DNA of 64,000 bases from Alphaproteobacteria bacterium (GTDB lineage Bacteria; Pseudomonadota; Alphaproteobacteria; CAAHEQ01; UBA3637), in NCBI GenBank assembly GCA_045632845.1, contig JAZQXL010000012.1, forward strand, positions 13,816-77,815, written 5' to 3'. The notes beneath the pieces were generated by a model. That model made no database searches. It saw nothing but the letters and a program-made list of their open reading frames with translations, and had not been told where the DNA came from. The translations under genes and the position numbers were made by a program. Shown here piece after piece: positions 12,682 through 21,485 of the stretch. Positions within the stretch are counted from its first letter, which is position 1. Each line of letters opens with the position of its first letter.

Positions 12682-13216
12682 ATGAAAATTTTAATCATAG
12701 GCCCCCTTGGTGCAGGCAAATCATCTCTTGCCCACGCTTTGAATAAAAAATTTAATTTTCCACGATTAAATCTTGATGAAATTTGTAGAAATCCAAAAAA
12801 TGGGGACTATTACTCTCTTGAAAATTCTTTAAAAAAAATTAAACATCTTCATCAAGACTCATAACAATTGGGTCATAGAAGGAAGCCAATCATATTTATA
12901 CAAAAAAACAAGTCCCGACTTGATTATTGACATGCGCATTCTTCGTCTTGTGGCGATAGGCCGTTTTACATATCGATTTTTTAAAGCAAAAAAATTAATA
13001 GGGAAAAACATTGATAAAAATTTACCTGTTCAGGCCTACCATTACAGAAAAATAACATTATCAAAAATTTTAGATTGGGATAGTGCAAACAAGGAAATCA
13101 ATCAGCAAATTACTGATTATTTAAAAAACACCAAAATTCAAGTTCTAACGTGTAAAAATTTTAGAGATTACCAAAAAATTTTTGATTATATTGAGTTTTC
13201 AAAAATAATCTTTTAA
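12682..13216 (+). pseudogene. P-loop nucleoside/nucleotide kinase-like protein (adenylate-kinase/topology-modulation FlaR-like family), disrupted by a frameshift
   Basis: The N-terminal part MKILIIGPLGAGKSSLAHALNKKF... (Walker A) ends at a stop at 12862-12864. The rest of the fold (…NNWVIEGSQSYLYKKTSPDLIIDMRILRLVAIGRFTYRFFKAKK…) continues in the +1 frame to 13216. The family normally spans about 170 aa in one frame. Confidence 0.55.
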
Positions 13217-13255
13217 TATATTTCTTATCTTAAACATACAAAAAAAGAGTTAAAA

Positions 13256-13813
13256 ATGAGAATTGGATTTCAAGGAGATTATCTAAGCAACTCAGAAGAA
13301 GCAAGTCAAAAATTTGCTGAAAAATTAAACTCAACCCATGTTGAATTCGTCCCTCTTATATCCTCTCAAAATGTCGTTTCAGAACTTTTGAACAATCAAA
13401 TTGATTTTGGTGTTATGGCAACTAAAAACATTGTTGCAGGAGAGGTTGTTGAAACCAAAAAAGCTCTCACCCCTGAAATTGAACTTTTTGATACTTTAGA
13501 TTTACCCATACATCATTGTTTGTTTAAAAAATCCCCTCAAAGTAATATTGAATATGTTTCTTCACATATTCAAGCGCTTCAACAAACACAAGAAACAAGA
13601 AAAAAAATATTAAAAAACGTCATTGAAATTGAATGCACAGATACTGCTTTGGCTGCCAAAATGCTTTTTAATGGTGAATATCCAGAAAATTATGCTGTTA
13701 TATGCAGAGAAAATGCTGGCAATTTTTTTAACCTAACCCTGATGGCAAAAAATATTGAAGACAATCCTTTTAACATGACAAGTTTTGGTCTTTTCAAACT
13801 AAAAAACAGTTAA
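13256..13813 (+). CDS. prephenate dehydratase catalytic (PDT) domain protein, lacking the ACT regulatory domain
   Basis: 185 aa. IGFQGDYLSNSEEA... matches the PDT signature (GxxGxxGSFSE-like), and ...DTALAAKML...AVICRENAGNFFNLTLMAKNIEDNPFNMTSF matches the C-terminal part of the PDT domain. No ACT domain follows. Confidence 0.6.
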   Translation: MRIGFQGDYLSNSEEASQKFAEKLNSTHVEFVPLISSQNVVSELLNNQIDFGVMATKNIVAGEVVETKKALTPEIELFDTLDLPIHHCLFKKSPQSNIEYVSSHIQALQQTQETRKKILKNVIEIECTDTALAAKMLFNGEYPENYAVICRENAGNFFNLTLMAKNIEDNPFNMTSFGLFKLKNS

Positions 13814-13872
13814 AATTTTCAACCCTTTTCTTTTTATTGAAATAACGCCATATTTGTGATATATTTGAGAAA

Positions 13873-14859
13873 TTGTTCAACAAAAAAAGAAAGAGAATTA
13901 AAATGCAAATTGTTAATACGCATACTGGAAAAATTTATGTAAATCCTGAACGCCGTCTCGAATTTTTAACTGTTGGTGATTATGGAAAAGAAAACAACAT
14001 TAAAGCTGACTTTATGGGACTTCATAAAGAAATTAATGGCGTCCAACACAAGCCTGTCGATTTAACAAAAAAATGGGTTGCCACCATCAGTACACAAAAA
14101 GGCTGCCCAATGAAATGTCAATTTTGTGATTGTCCTAAATATGGTTTTTATGGCAATGCTTCACTTGAAGATTTAAGTTATGAAATTGAAACTATTCTTC
14201 AAAATGAAACCATTAAATATACTGATAGATTTAACGTTCACTTTGCTCGTATGGGCGAACCAACATTCAACCAAAATGTTTTAACATTTGCAAAAGATTA
14301 TTTAAGAGAATTAACAAATAAGTACATTCAAGCAAAAACCATTCATCCAGTTGTTTCAACAATGTTACCTAACAACAACAAAAATTTAAAACAATTTATT
14401 TTGGATTGGTGCAACATTAAAAACATTGATTACAATGGAGAAGCTGGTCTTCAATTTTCAATCAACTCAACAGATAATGAACAAAGAAATCAACAATTCA
14501 ATTCAAAAAGCTTGTCTTTAGAAGAAATATCAGAACTAGCAAAAGAATTACCTACTCCTGTTGGAAGAAAATATACTCTAAACTTTGCCGTTACAAAAGA
14601 TACAATTTTAGATGCTGACAGATTATCCCAATTGTTTGATAAGGATATGTTCATTGTCAAAATAACACCTATTCACGAAACAAATGCAGCAGTTCAAAAT
14701 GGTTTTGACGTCACAACAAGTTATGATGATTATGACGTTTATCGTCAATTTGAACAACCACTTGTTAAAGCTGGGTGGGATGTTATTGTTTTTGTCCCAA
14801 GTCATGAAGAAGACAGCGATAGAATCACATGTGGTAACGCATTAATTGCATCCGCATAA
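13873..14859 (+). CDS. radical SAM enzyme, divergent RlmN/Cfr-like (probable true start at the Met at 13903)
   Basis: CxxxCxxC cluster motif inside TQKGCPMKCQFC (compare RlmN SSQVGCALECKFC). ARMGEP resembles RlmN GMGEP. The C-terminal DRITCGNAL resembles RlmN D.DAACGQL, the methyl-carrier cysteine. The protein is shorter than RlmN (~320 vs ~380 aa) and lacks RlmN's N-terminal domain. Confidence 0.6.
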   Translation: MFNKKRKRIKMQIVNTHTGKIYVNPERRLEFLTVGDYGKENNIKADFMGLHKEINGVQHKPVDLTKKWVATISTQKGCPMKCQFCDCPKYGFYGNASLEDLSYEIETILQNETIKYTDRFNVHFARMGEPTFNQNVLTFAKDYLRELTNKYIQAKTIHPVVSTMLPNNNKNLKQFILDWCNIKNIDYNGEAGLQFSINSTDNEQRNQQFNSKSLSLEEISELAKELPTPVGRKYTLNFAVTKDTILDADRLSQLFDKDMFIVKITPIHETNAAVQNGFDVTTSYDDYDVYRQFEQPLVKAGWDVIVFVPSHEEDSDRITCGNALIASA

Positions 14860-14931
14860 CATTTTATTTATAATAACAATCTATATGCTCTAAGAAATTT
14901 CTTAGAGCATTTTTTTATGGAGATAAATCTG

Positions 14932-16002
14932 TTATGGTTCATTTATATGCAACGCCACACGTCCAGATTTTAAAATACCATTTAATATTTCATACCCAAT
15001 TGTACCTGCATCTTGCCCCATATCATCAGCTGTATATTGTGGCCCCAATACATCAACAAAATCCCCCTCTTCAAGACACTTAACATCCGTTACATCACAC
15101 ATAATATTATCCATTGACAATCTGCCAACCATTCTGATTTCTTGATCCTCAAAAAAGACTCGTCCACGTCCCGCTAATGCTCTTGGCAAACCATCTGCAT
15201 ATCCAATAGATACAATGGCTACTTTCATATTTTTTGCCACTTTATAAGTGGCACCATATCCAATATATTCTCCAGGAAAAACATCTTCAATTTGCAAAAC
15301 AGGTGCTTTTAAATAAACAACATTTTTCATCCGATTTTGACGATCTGGAGCTGTATTCAATCCATACATTGCAGCACCTAAGCGCACCATATCCTTTTGA
15401 AACTTTTCCCCCAAAAACAATCCATCTGAGGCTGAAAGTGTAAGTGGCGTGTTCGAAAAATATTTTGAAATTTCATCAAAAGCTTCTATTTGATGCCAAT
15501 TCATAAAATGATATGGCTCATCCGCACAAGAAAGATGGGATAAAATATATGAAAATTCTTTTTTATCTTCCTCACTTAAATTTTGAATCTCTTTTAATCT
15601 AAAACCTAACCGATTTAAACCAGTTTCAACATTTAAAACAGGACGAATTCCTTCAACTTTATTTTGTTTCCAAAACTCCCACATTTTAGGTGTTGCAATA
15701 ACAGGTGTTAATCTTTCTTTTTTAACAAGATCAATCGAATCTTGTCCAACGCCTTGTAAAACAAAAATATCTGCTGTTGGAGCAAATTTTCTAACCTTTT
15801 CACCCTCATTTGCCAAAGCTACAAAAAAATGATTACACCCTTCTTTTACAAGGGATGGAACAACATTTTCAATTCCAAGTCCATAGGCATTATTTTTAAC
15901 AACTGCAGCAGGTATCGCTTGAGGCGCTTGATTTTTTAAAAAATTATAATTTTCAACCAATGCTTTCAAATCTACTGTTAATTTTGCTTGTGTAAAAATC
16001 AT
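14932..16002 (-). CDS. alr: alanine racemase
   Basis: 356 aa with the PLP-lysine motif AVVKNNAYGLG near the N-terminus and a typical TIM-barrel plus beta-domain layout. Confidence 0.85.
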   Translation of the reverse strand: MIFTQAKLTVDLKALVENYNFLKNQAPQAIPAAVVKNNAYGLGIENVVPSLVKEGCNHFFVALANEGEKVRKFAPTADIFVLQGVGQDSIDLVKKERLTPVIATPKMWEFWKQNKVEGIRPVLNVETGLNRLGFRLKEIQNLSEEDKKEFSYILSHLSCADEPYHFMNWHQIEAFDEISKYFSNTPLTLSASDGLFLGEKFQKDMVRLGAAMYGLNTAPDRQNRMKNVVYLKAPVLQIEDVFPGEYIGYGATYKVAKNMKVAIVSIGYADGLPRALAGRGRVFFEDQEIRMVGRLSMDNIMCDVTDVKCLEEGDFVDVLGPQYTADDMGQDAGTIGYEILNGILKSGRVALHINEP

Positions 16003-16754
16003 TTTTTCCTCTCTGCTTTGCGTAAATTTTCTCTAAAAACCTTTTTCATATCAACAGCCCTTTTCAAATGTTGCTGTTTTTCACGTTTTGGAAAATGTGT
16101 TTTTATGAGCTCTTCTGGTTCAACCAAAAACCATTTATTATCAATTGAGCGAGCCGAATCAACCTCTCTGTTTTTTTGGTATTTTTTCTTTCGAATTTCT
16201 TTCTTATGTTCCCCCGCAGAACGGACATTTTCAAATGTTTTATAATCTCCAGCCATTCCCCAAGTTGCATCAATGAATAACCATTTATTCTTGATATAGA
16301 CAGCATTCCATGCATGTCCATTATCCTTAAAATTATTCATTGTTAAATCATATCCTGCATATCCAGAAATTTGTTCTTCCTTTATACCAGCAATTTTTGC
16401 CATTCTTGAAAAAAGATCTGCAATATCAGCACAAACACCTACACGAGTTTTAAAAGCATCACCCGTTCTTAATGTTTTATTTCTATTTCGAACACGCTTC
16501 TTTTCACTAATCACATCATACTTAAACATATCATATTCAATATGATAAACAATCCAAGCATATAAAACTCTTGTTTTTAAAACATCATCTTGTTTGTATG
16601 GTGCAATTAAATATCGAACCAATGAATCTAAATTATTTTCATATTGTGCAGGAACTGTTTTTGCCCGCATATCAGCTTCAGAAAAATCTGTAGCCAATAC
16701 AGGAGAAACAAATAAAAGAAAGAACAAAGATATAATTACTTTTAACATATTCAA
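15999..16754 (-). CDS. secreted transglutaminase-like cysteine protease
   Basis: Signal peptide. Cys-His-Asp core of the transglutaminase-like superfamily (GVCADIADLF ... GHAWNAVYI ... IDATW). A basic C-terminal tail. 4-nt overlap with alr. Confidence 0.65.
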   Translation of the reverse strand: MNMLKVIISLFFLLFVSPVLATDFSEADMRAKTVPAQYENNLDSLVRYLIAPYKQDDVLKTRVLYAWIVYHIEYDMFKYDVISEKKRVRNRNKTLRTGDAFKTRVGVCADIADLFSRMAKIAGIKEEQISGYAGYDLTMNNFKDNGHAWNAVYIKNKWLFIDATWGMAGDYKTFENVRSAGEHKKEIRKKKYQKNREVDSARSIDNKWFLVEPEELIKTHFPKREKQQHLKRAVDMKKVFRENLRKAERKK

Positions 16755-16793
16755 CCTCTTTGTTTTAGTATAAAAGATTAAGTTTTTTTTACA

Positions 16794-16825
16794 ATAAAAA
16801 AAATGCCCTCAAAAGGGCATTTTTT
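16794..16825. terminator. bidirectional rho-independent terminator
   Basis: ATGCCCT-caaa-AGGGCAT hairpin flanked by an A-run on one side and a T-run on the other. It lies 3' of the 67-aa minus-strand ORF. Confidence 0.6.
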
Positions 16826-16842
16826 AATTTCATCTAACAAAA

Positions 16843-17046
16843 TTATGCTGCTTTTACTTCACAATCACAACTTGCTTTTTCTTCTGTAAACCACATTCTT
16901 TCTTCAAATTCAGACTTTTTACCTTTGTTAAAGTGGCTGTATGGACGAAAATAACCCATAACACGTGTCCAACATTCAACTGATTGTCTTTCATTTTCAC
17001 AGGATTTCAAGATTTCTGCATCTGTCATTTTATCTGTTCCTTTCAA
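16843..17046 (-). CDS. orphan NrdD-like C-terminal zinc-ribbon/glycyl-radical domain protein (67 aa)
   Basis: ...CENERQSVECWTRVMGYFRPYSHFNKGKKSEFEERMWF... aligns with the extreme C-terminus of class III RNR NrdD (TRRVCGYLGSPDARPFNAGKQEEVKRRV), including the RVxGY glycyl-radical motif. No NrdD catalytic body is encoded nearby. The ORF has its own terminator. Confidence 0.5.
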   Translation of the reverse strand: MKGTDKMTDAEILKSCENERQSVECWTRVMGYFRPYSHFNKGKKSEFEERMWFTEEKASCDCEVKAA

Positions 17047-17430
17047 TAGCTGATTTTTGTTTTAAACTGTTTTTTTGTTTTCATAATTCATTGATAGCGA
17101 TGAATCTAAAAGAATGTCAATAGCTTTTTTTGTTTTTTTATATCACATTGAAAAACAACAATTATTTCAATTTTGAACCACGCTTATTTTGTGTTGTTTT
17201 TAGACTAAAAAAACGACTAAAATCTATGTATTTTTTAAAACTCTTTGATTTTCAAATGTATGTCTTTTTTTTAGACTCGAATCCGAATCAAACGGATAAA
17301 AGAATCGATTCTTATGTTTAAATTTATTTTTTTCTTGCATATATGTCTATGTTTGACTAAAGTAGTTATTAGCAGGAACTTCCTGCATAGCGATTGGAAA
17401 CAATCAATCTTTTTATAAAAGGAGTTATTC

Positions 17431-18231
17431 ATGTTTAAAAAAGCATTTTTATTATTAGGTGCAATGACATTTGCAACATCTGCAATGGCAGCAGAATTGA
17501 CAAATCCATTCTATGTTCCAGCAGAAGGCAAAATTACTTCAACAACATCTTATGATTTTTCAACAACCACCCATAAAAGTGGCGATATCCGCCTAAAAGT
17601 TTATGAACACAAAGCAACTGAAACACTTGAATATGGTTTGTCAAATGCTTGGTCACTTGGCGCAACTGTTTCAAACACATGGGGAAAAGGAACTTTATCA
17701 AACTATGATGAAAGTGTAACAGATAGCGAAGATAGAAACATTAATTTTGAAATTACATCAAAATACAATCTTGTTTCAGATGGTGCTTTAAAAGTACAAT
17801 CTCTCTTGGCTTACGGCCAAAAAGAAAATCACCCATTTTACGGTCTTGTTGAAACATCAGGCACATACAAATATGCTAAAATTGGCGCAAAAGCTGGTTA
17901 CAAATTAGGTTATTGGACTCCATATTTAGCTGGTACAGTTGAAGTTCCTGTTTTCCAAAGCCAAGATGACGATAACGAACTTAAATACACAGGTACAGCT
18001 GGATTATATGCATATTGCCCAAAAATGAAAGTTTCTTTTGATCATCAATTAGGCGTTGACTATGATGAATATACTGAAACACGTCTTTACACATATGGTC
18101 TTGAAGCAGCTTATCACTTCACAAAGAATGTTGCTTTAAGTGCTTATGGTAAATACATCATTGATGGCGAAGAACATAAAGAAGATATTCATGGTAATCA
18201 AATTGGTTTAAGATTACGCATTGGATTCTAA
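17431..18231 (+). CDS. outer-membrane beta-barrel protein (Omp25/Omp31/Hbp-like small OMP family)
   Basis: Signal peptide ending AMA. Alternating amphipathic beta-strands rich in Y/G/T. C-terminal RLRIGF ending in Phe, which is the OMP C-terminal signature. 266 aa, typical of 8-strand alphaproteobacterial OMPs. Confidence 0.6.
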   Translation: MFKKAFLLLGAMTFATSAMAAELTNPFYVPAEGKITSTTSYDFSTTTHKSGDIRLKVYEHKATETLEYGLSNAWSLGATVSNTWGKGTLSNYDESVTDSEDRNINFEITSKYNLVSDGALKVQSLLAYGQKENHPFYGLVETSGTYKYAKIGAKAGYKLGYWTPYLAGTVEVPVFQSQDDDNELKYTGTAGLYAYCPKMKVSFDHQLGVDYDEYTETRLYTYGLEAAYHFTKNVALSAYGKYIIDGEEHKEDIHGNQIGLRLRIGF

Positions 18232-18249
18232 TTTCTTTAGATCAAAAGG

Positions 18250-18281
18250 AAATGCCCTCTCAACAGAGGGCATTTTTTTTA
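18250..18281. terminator. bidirectional terminator between convergent OMP gene and ctrA
   Basis: ATGCCCTCT-caac-AGAGGGCAT hairpin with a T8 run after it and an A-run before it. Confidence 0.7.
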
Positions 18282-18300
18282 TCACTTATATTTTTAACTC

Positions 18301-18987
18301 TTATTGAATAACAGGCAAATCTTTTAAAATATAACCCCTACCCCAAACGGTTTGAATATATTCTTCAGCAGGGGAAAGTTTTTCAATTTTTCGACGTATT
18401 TTGCATAAAAAGACATCAATAATTTTCATTTCAGGCTCATCCATCCCACCGTACAAATGATTTAAAAACTGTTCTTTATTAATTGTTGTTCCTTTTCTAA
18501 GCGCCAATAATTCGAACAAAGAATATTCTTTGCTTGTCAGATGAAGCGTTTTGCCTTCAATTGTAACAATTTTTGAATTTAAATTAACTTCCATCCCGCC
18601 TGTTCGAATAACACTTTCAGCATACCCCTTAGATCTTCGAACTAAAGCATTCACTCTTGCAATCAACTCTCTTGAATCAAATGGTTTTGTCAAATAATCA
18701 TCTGCTCCACAAACAAGACCTTTAACCTTTTTATCTGGCGTAGAAAGACCTGATAAAATCAACACAGGTGTTGAAACATGAGAGGAGCGTAATCTCTTAA
18801 TCACTTCATACCCATCCATATCTGGCAAAATCAAATCTAAAAGTATTAAATCATAATCATAGTGCCGAGCATCTTCCAAACCATCTTCGCCCAAATAAGA
18901 TGCGTCAACAATCATATTCTCTCTTTTTAAAATCAAAGAAATATTTTGACTGACAGCTTTATCATCTTCTATGAGTAAAATACGCAT
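18301..18987 (-). CDS. ctrA: cell-cycle response regulator CtrA (OmpR family)
   Basis: 228 aa. Near-colinear match to CtrA: MRILLIEDD...[25 protein letters not shown]...PVLILSGL...[16 protein letters not shown]...[15 protein letters not shown]...[54 protein letters not shown]. Confidence 0.85.
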   Translation of the reverse strand: MRILLIEDDKAVSQNISLILKRENMIVDASYLGEDGLEDARHYDYDLILLDLILPDMDGYEVIKRLRSSHVSTPVLILSGLSTPDKKVKGLVCGADDYLTKPFDSRELIARVNALVRRSKGYAESVIRTGGMEVNLNSKIVTIEGKTLHLTSKEYSLFELLALRKGTTINKEQFLNHLYGGMDEPEMKIIDVFLCKIRRKIEKLSPAEEYIQTVWGRGYILKDLPVIQ

Positions 18988-19026
18988 AACACCCCACCTA
19001 TTAAAGATACAATTTATTAACCTTAG

Positions 19027-19041
19027 TTAACAATAAGTTAA
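19027..19041. promoter_or_regulatory. CtrA box (TTAA-N7-TTAA) in the ctrA promoter region
   Basis: TTAACAATAAGTTAA lies about 40 bp upstream of the ctrA start codon. Additional TTAA half-sites sit at 19001 and 19017. CtrA autoregulation through such boxes is established in Caulobacter and Brucella. Confidence 0.5.
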
Positions 19042-19201
19042 TTTTTTATTTATTGCAAGCATAACTTTGAAAAAAAATATTTTTTATCACCCAAAAACCT
19101 ATTCAGTTTACTTCAAAAAAAAACAAAAAAAGAAGCAAACTTGCAAGAAAATGGATTTTGTGCTAGAATAGAAGTAGGGTTTTTATAAAAAAGGGAATCG
19201 C

Positions 19202-20254
19202 ATGGGTGGATTATTCGAAAAAATTTCAGCGCTTATCACTCAAAAACCCCCTCAACAAAATACTGAGGGCAGTGTTTTGACCATGCAAGAAAGTAAATTT
19301 CACCAATCAGTTCGAAACAACAATTTTGGACAAGTTCACAGCGAAGTAACCCGTGGTTTTGATATAAATTCAAAAAACATTTATGGGAAAACAGGGCTTG
19401 AAATTGCAGCTGAAACTGGCAACATCCAAATGGTTAAGCATCTTGCCTCCCTTGGTGCTAATGTAACAATGCAATCACCCAATGGGGATGGACCTCTTTT
19501 AATAGCTGCTCATCATGGAAATATTGATATGCTATACACACTTGTTAACTTAGGTGCCAACATTAACAAACCAAATTCATATGGTGAAACTATTTTACAT
19601 AAATTTTCAATTAATCAAGAAAAAGATGCTTATACTCATCAAGAATTATTAAATTTAGGGGCCAACATTGAAGCAAGAGATATTTATGGAAAAACACCAC
19701 TTCATCACCAAGTAGGGGCTAACAGTGAAGATACGGTTTATCAATTACTTTCATTTAATGCAAATGTAAATGCACGTGATAAAGAAGGAAGAACTCCCCT
19801 TTATGATGCCGTTACATATGGAAACAACAATATTTTCGAAACACTTTTAAGTTTTAATCCAAATGTTAATATTCCTGACAAAAATGGCTCAACCCCAGTA
19901 CACGTTGCAGCACAAACAAACAATTCCCACTTTATAAAACGTCTTGTTGAACAGGGGGGGAACATCAATGCACGTGATGCGTATGGCCAAACACCCTTTC
20001 ACTATGCTGTTGCAGCTGGCAACGTTGAAGCAGCCTCAATGTTGATAAAAATGGGTGCAAATCCACATATTCGTGATAGCTTAGGTCAAACCCCACTTAG
20101 TAAAGCACCAAATCAACAAGTTTTGACAAAAATGAAATTGTTAATCCAAGATCAAAAAACACCAAATCTTTCTACTTCTCTTGCAAACAATGGGATGCCT
20201 TATCAAGAAAGAATAGGTACTCTATCTCAAAACAATCGTTTCAATGAACAATAA
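19202..20254 (+). CDS. ankyrin-repeat protein
   Basis: 350 aa with at least 7 tandem ANK repeats (G.TPLH.A...G....V..L...GA..N....). There is no signal peptide, so it is a candidate secreted effector. Confidence 0.85.
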   Translation: MGGLFEKISALITQKPPQQNTEGSVLTMQESKFHQSVRNNNFGQVHSEVTRGFDINSKNIYGKTGLEIAAETGNIQMVKHLASLGANVTMQSPNGDGPLLIAAHHGNIDMLYTLVNLGANINKPNSYGETILHKFSINQEKDAYTHQELLNLGANIEARDIYGKTPLHHQVGANSEDTVYQLLSFNANVNARDKEGRTPLYDAVTYGNNNIFETLLSFNPNVNIPDKNGSTPVHVAAQTNNSHFIKRLVEQGGNINARDAYGQTPFHYAVAAGNVEAASMLIKMGANPHIRDSLGQTPLSKAPNQQVLTKMKLLIQDQKTPNLSTSLANNGMPYQERIGTLSQNNRFNEQ

Positions 20255-20277
20255 AGGAGCTAATTGCTCCTTTATTA

Positions 20278-20877
20278 TTAAAACATCTTTACCAATAAAA
20301 AACCTCCCACGAGTAAGACGAAGAAAAGAATAGAAAGCCATCCCAAATTCTTTTCAATATACCGTTTCATCGGGTCACCCCATTTCCATAGCAACCAAGC
20401 AATCAAGAAAAAGCGAAGACCTCGTGACAAAAAAGAGGCAATAGCAAAAACAAATAAATTTAACCCCGTTACACCGCTTGCAATTGTTACAATTTTGTAA
20501 GGAAAAGGTGTTAATCCTGCCCCAAAGACAATCCATGAACCATAATTGTTGTAGTAAGATTTAAATATTTCAAACTTATCCACAGCATTATAAAATTCCA
20601 AAATAGGAACCCCAACAACGTCATAAAGAAAATAACCAATTGCATAACCAAAAAAACCACCCAATACACTTGAAAGAGTTGTATAAAGCGCGATTTTAAA
20701 AGCTTTAGAACGACAAGTCAAAATCAAAGGAATTAAAAACAAATCAGGTGGAATAGGGAAAAACGAACTTTCAATAAATGAAATTGCACACAAGACAGGC
20801 AATGCCCATTTTCCAGAAACCAAAGACATACACCAATCGTATATATCCTTCATCATTTTATTCCATAATTTTATCAT
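20278..20877 (-). CDS. DedA/YqaA-family membrane protein
   Basis: 199 aa, 4-5 TM helices. FIESSFFPIPPDL is the DedA re-entrant loop signature. Confidence 0.65.
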   Translation of the reverse strand: MIKLWNKMMKDIYDWCMSLVSGKWALPVLCAISFIESSFFPIPPDLFLIPLILTCRSKAFKIALYTTLSSVLGGFFGYAIGYFLYDVVGVPILEFYNAVDKFEIFKSYYNNYGSWIVFGAGLTPFPYKIVTIASGVTGLNLFVFAIASFLSRGLRFFLIAWLLWKWGDPMKRYIEKNLGWLSILFFVLLVGGFLLVKMF

Positions 20878-20964
20878 TTGTTGACAATCCTATTTTTGTT
20901 GATTATAGTGAGAAGAAACGAATATTCTTTTTACTTAAAATACCTTGTTTAGAAAGGAAAATCA

Positions 20965-21426
20965 ATGAAAAAAATTCTCTTTTTAATTTTGTTTTCAATT
21001 GGATTAGCTGGTTGTGCAGACAATTATTCAAACACATCCTATACAAATTATGAACTTGGAAAACAAGGGACTGTTTCTATGGGTAAAATTATTCAAATGA
21101 CACCCGTACAAACACAAGGGAGCAACTCTATTGGAACACTGGCCGGAGCTGGTGCTGGTGCAGCTGCAGGTTCCATGATAGGTGGAAATACTGCTATTAA
21201 TATCATTGGCGGTATTGGTGGCGCCTTAGTTGGCGGCATGATTGGTTCTACTGCTGAAAGCGCTCTTACAAGCACAAACGCTTATGAATTCATCATCCAA
21301 AAAACAAATGGAGCCTATGTTTCTATATTACAAACAAATGAACTTGGTTTGCGTCCAGGCGATAACGTTTGGCTGTCAACAACAAATGGAACAACAAGGA
21401 TTCGATCAAGAGCAACCTCATATTAA
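20965..21426 (+). CDS. glycine-zipper outer-membrane lipoprotein (SlyB/17-kDa-antigen-like)
   Basis: Lipobox LAGC. Gly-zipper segment GTLAGAGAGAAAGSMIGGNTAINIIGGIGGALVGGMIGS. Confidence 0.65.
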   Translation: MKKILFLILFSIGLAGCADNYSNTSYTNYELGKQGTVSMGKIIQMTPVQTQGSNSIGTLAGAGAGAAAGSMIGGNTAINIIGGIGGALVGGMIGSTAESALTSTNAYEFIIQKTNGAYVSILQTNELGLRPGDNVWLSTTNGTTRIRSRATSY

Positions 21427-21435
21427 TCAATCATA

Positions 21436-21476
21436 AAAAAACAACCTGCCAGTTGATGGCAGGTTGTTTTTTTTAT
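21436..21476. terminator. bidirectional terminator between convergent genes
   Basis: ACAACCTGCC-agttgat-GGCAGGTTGT hairpin followed by T8 and preceded by A7. Confidence 0.7.
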
Positions 21477-21485
21477 TTCCACTCT

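Noticed and set aside
12336-12700. Integrated prophage or ICE at the tRNA-Glu
   Set aside because: There is no integrase, excisionase, transposase or phage structural gene anywhere between the tRNA and alr. Only the att-like duplication and a 3-gene islet remain, so it is described as a scar or hotspot rather than as a mobile element.
13873-14859. Radical SAM as a prokaryotic viperin (antiviral) paired with the upstream kinase
   Set aside because: Motif context (TQKGCPMKCQFC, MGEP, C-terminal CG(N/Q)(A/L)) fits RlmN/Cfr better than viperin (CNYKCGFC, GGEP). I kept it only as an alternative hypothesis within the islet finding.
20576-20584. DnaA-box consensus TTATCCACA (and another at ~27806) as a possible oriC near dnaN
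   Set aside because: These are single isolated boxes lying inside coding sequences. There is no cluster of boxes and no AT-rich DUE. dnaA is not in the window. It is chance occurrence.
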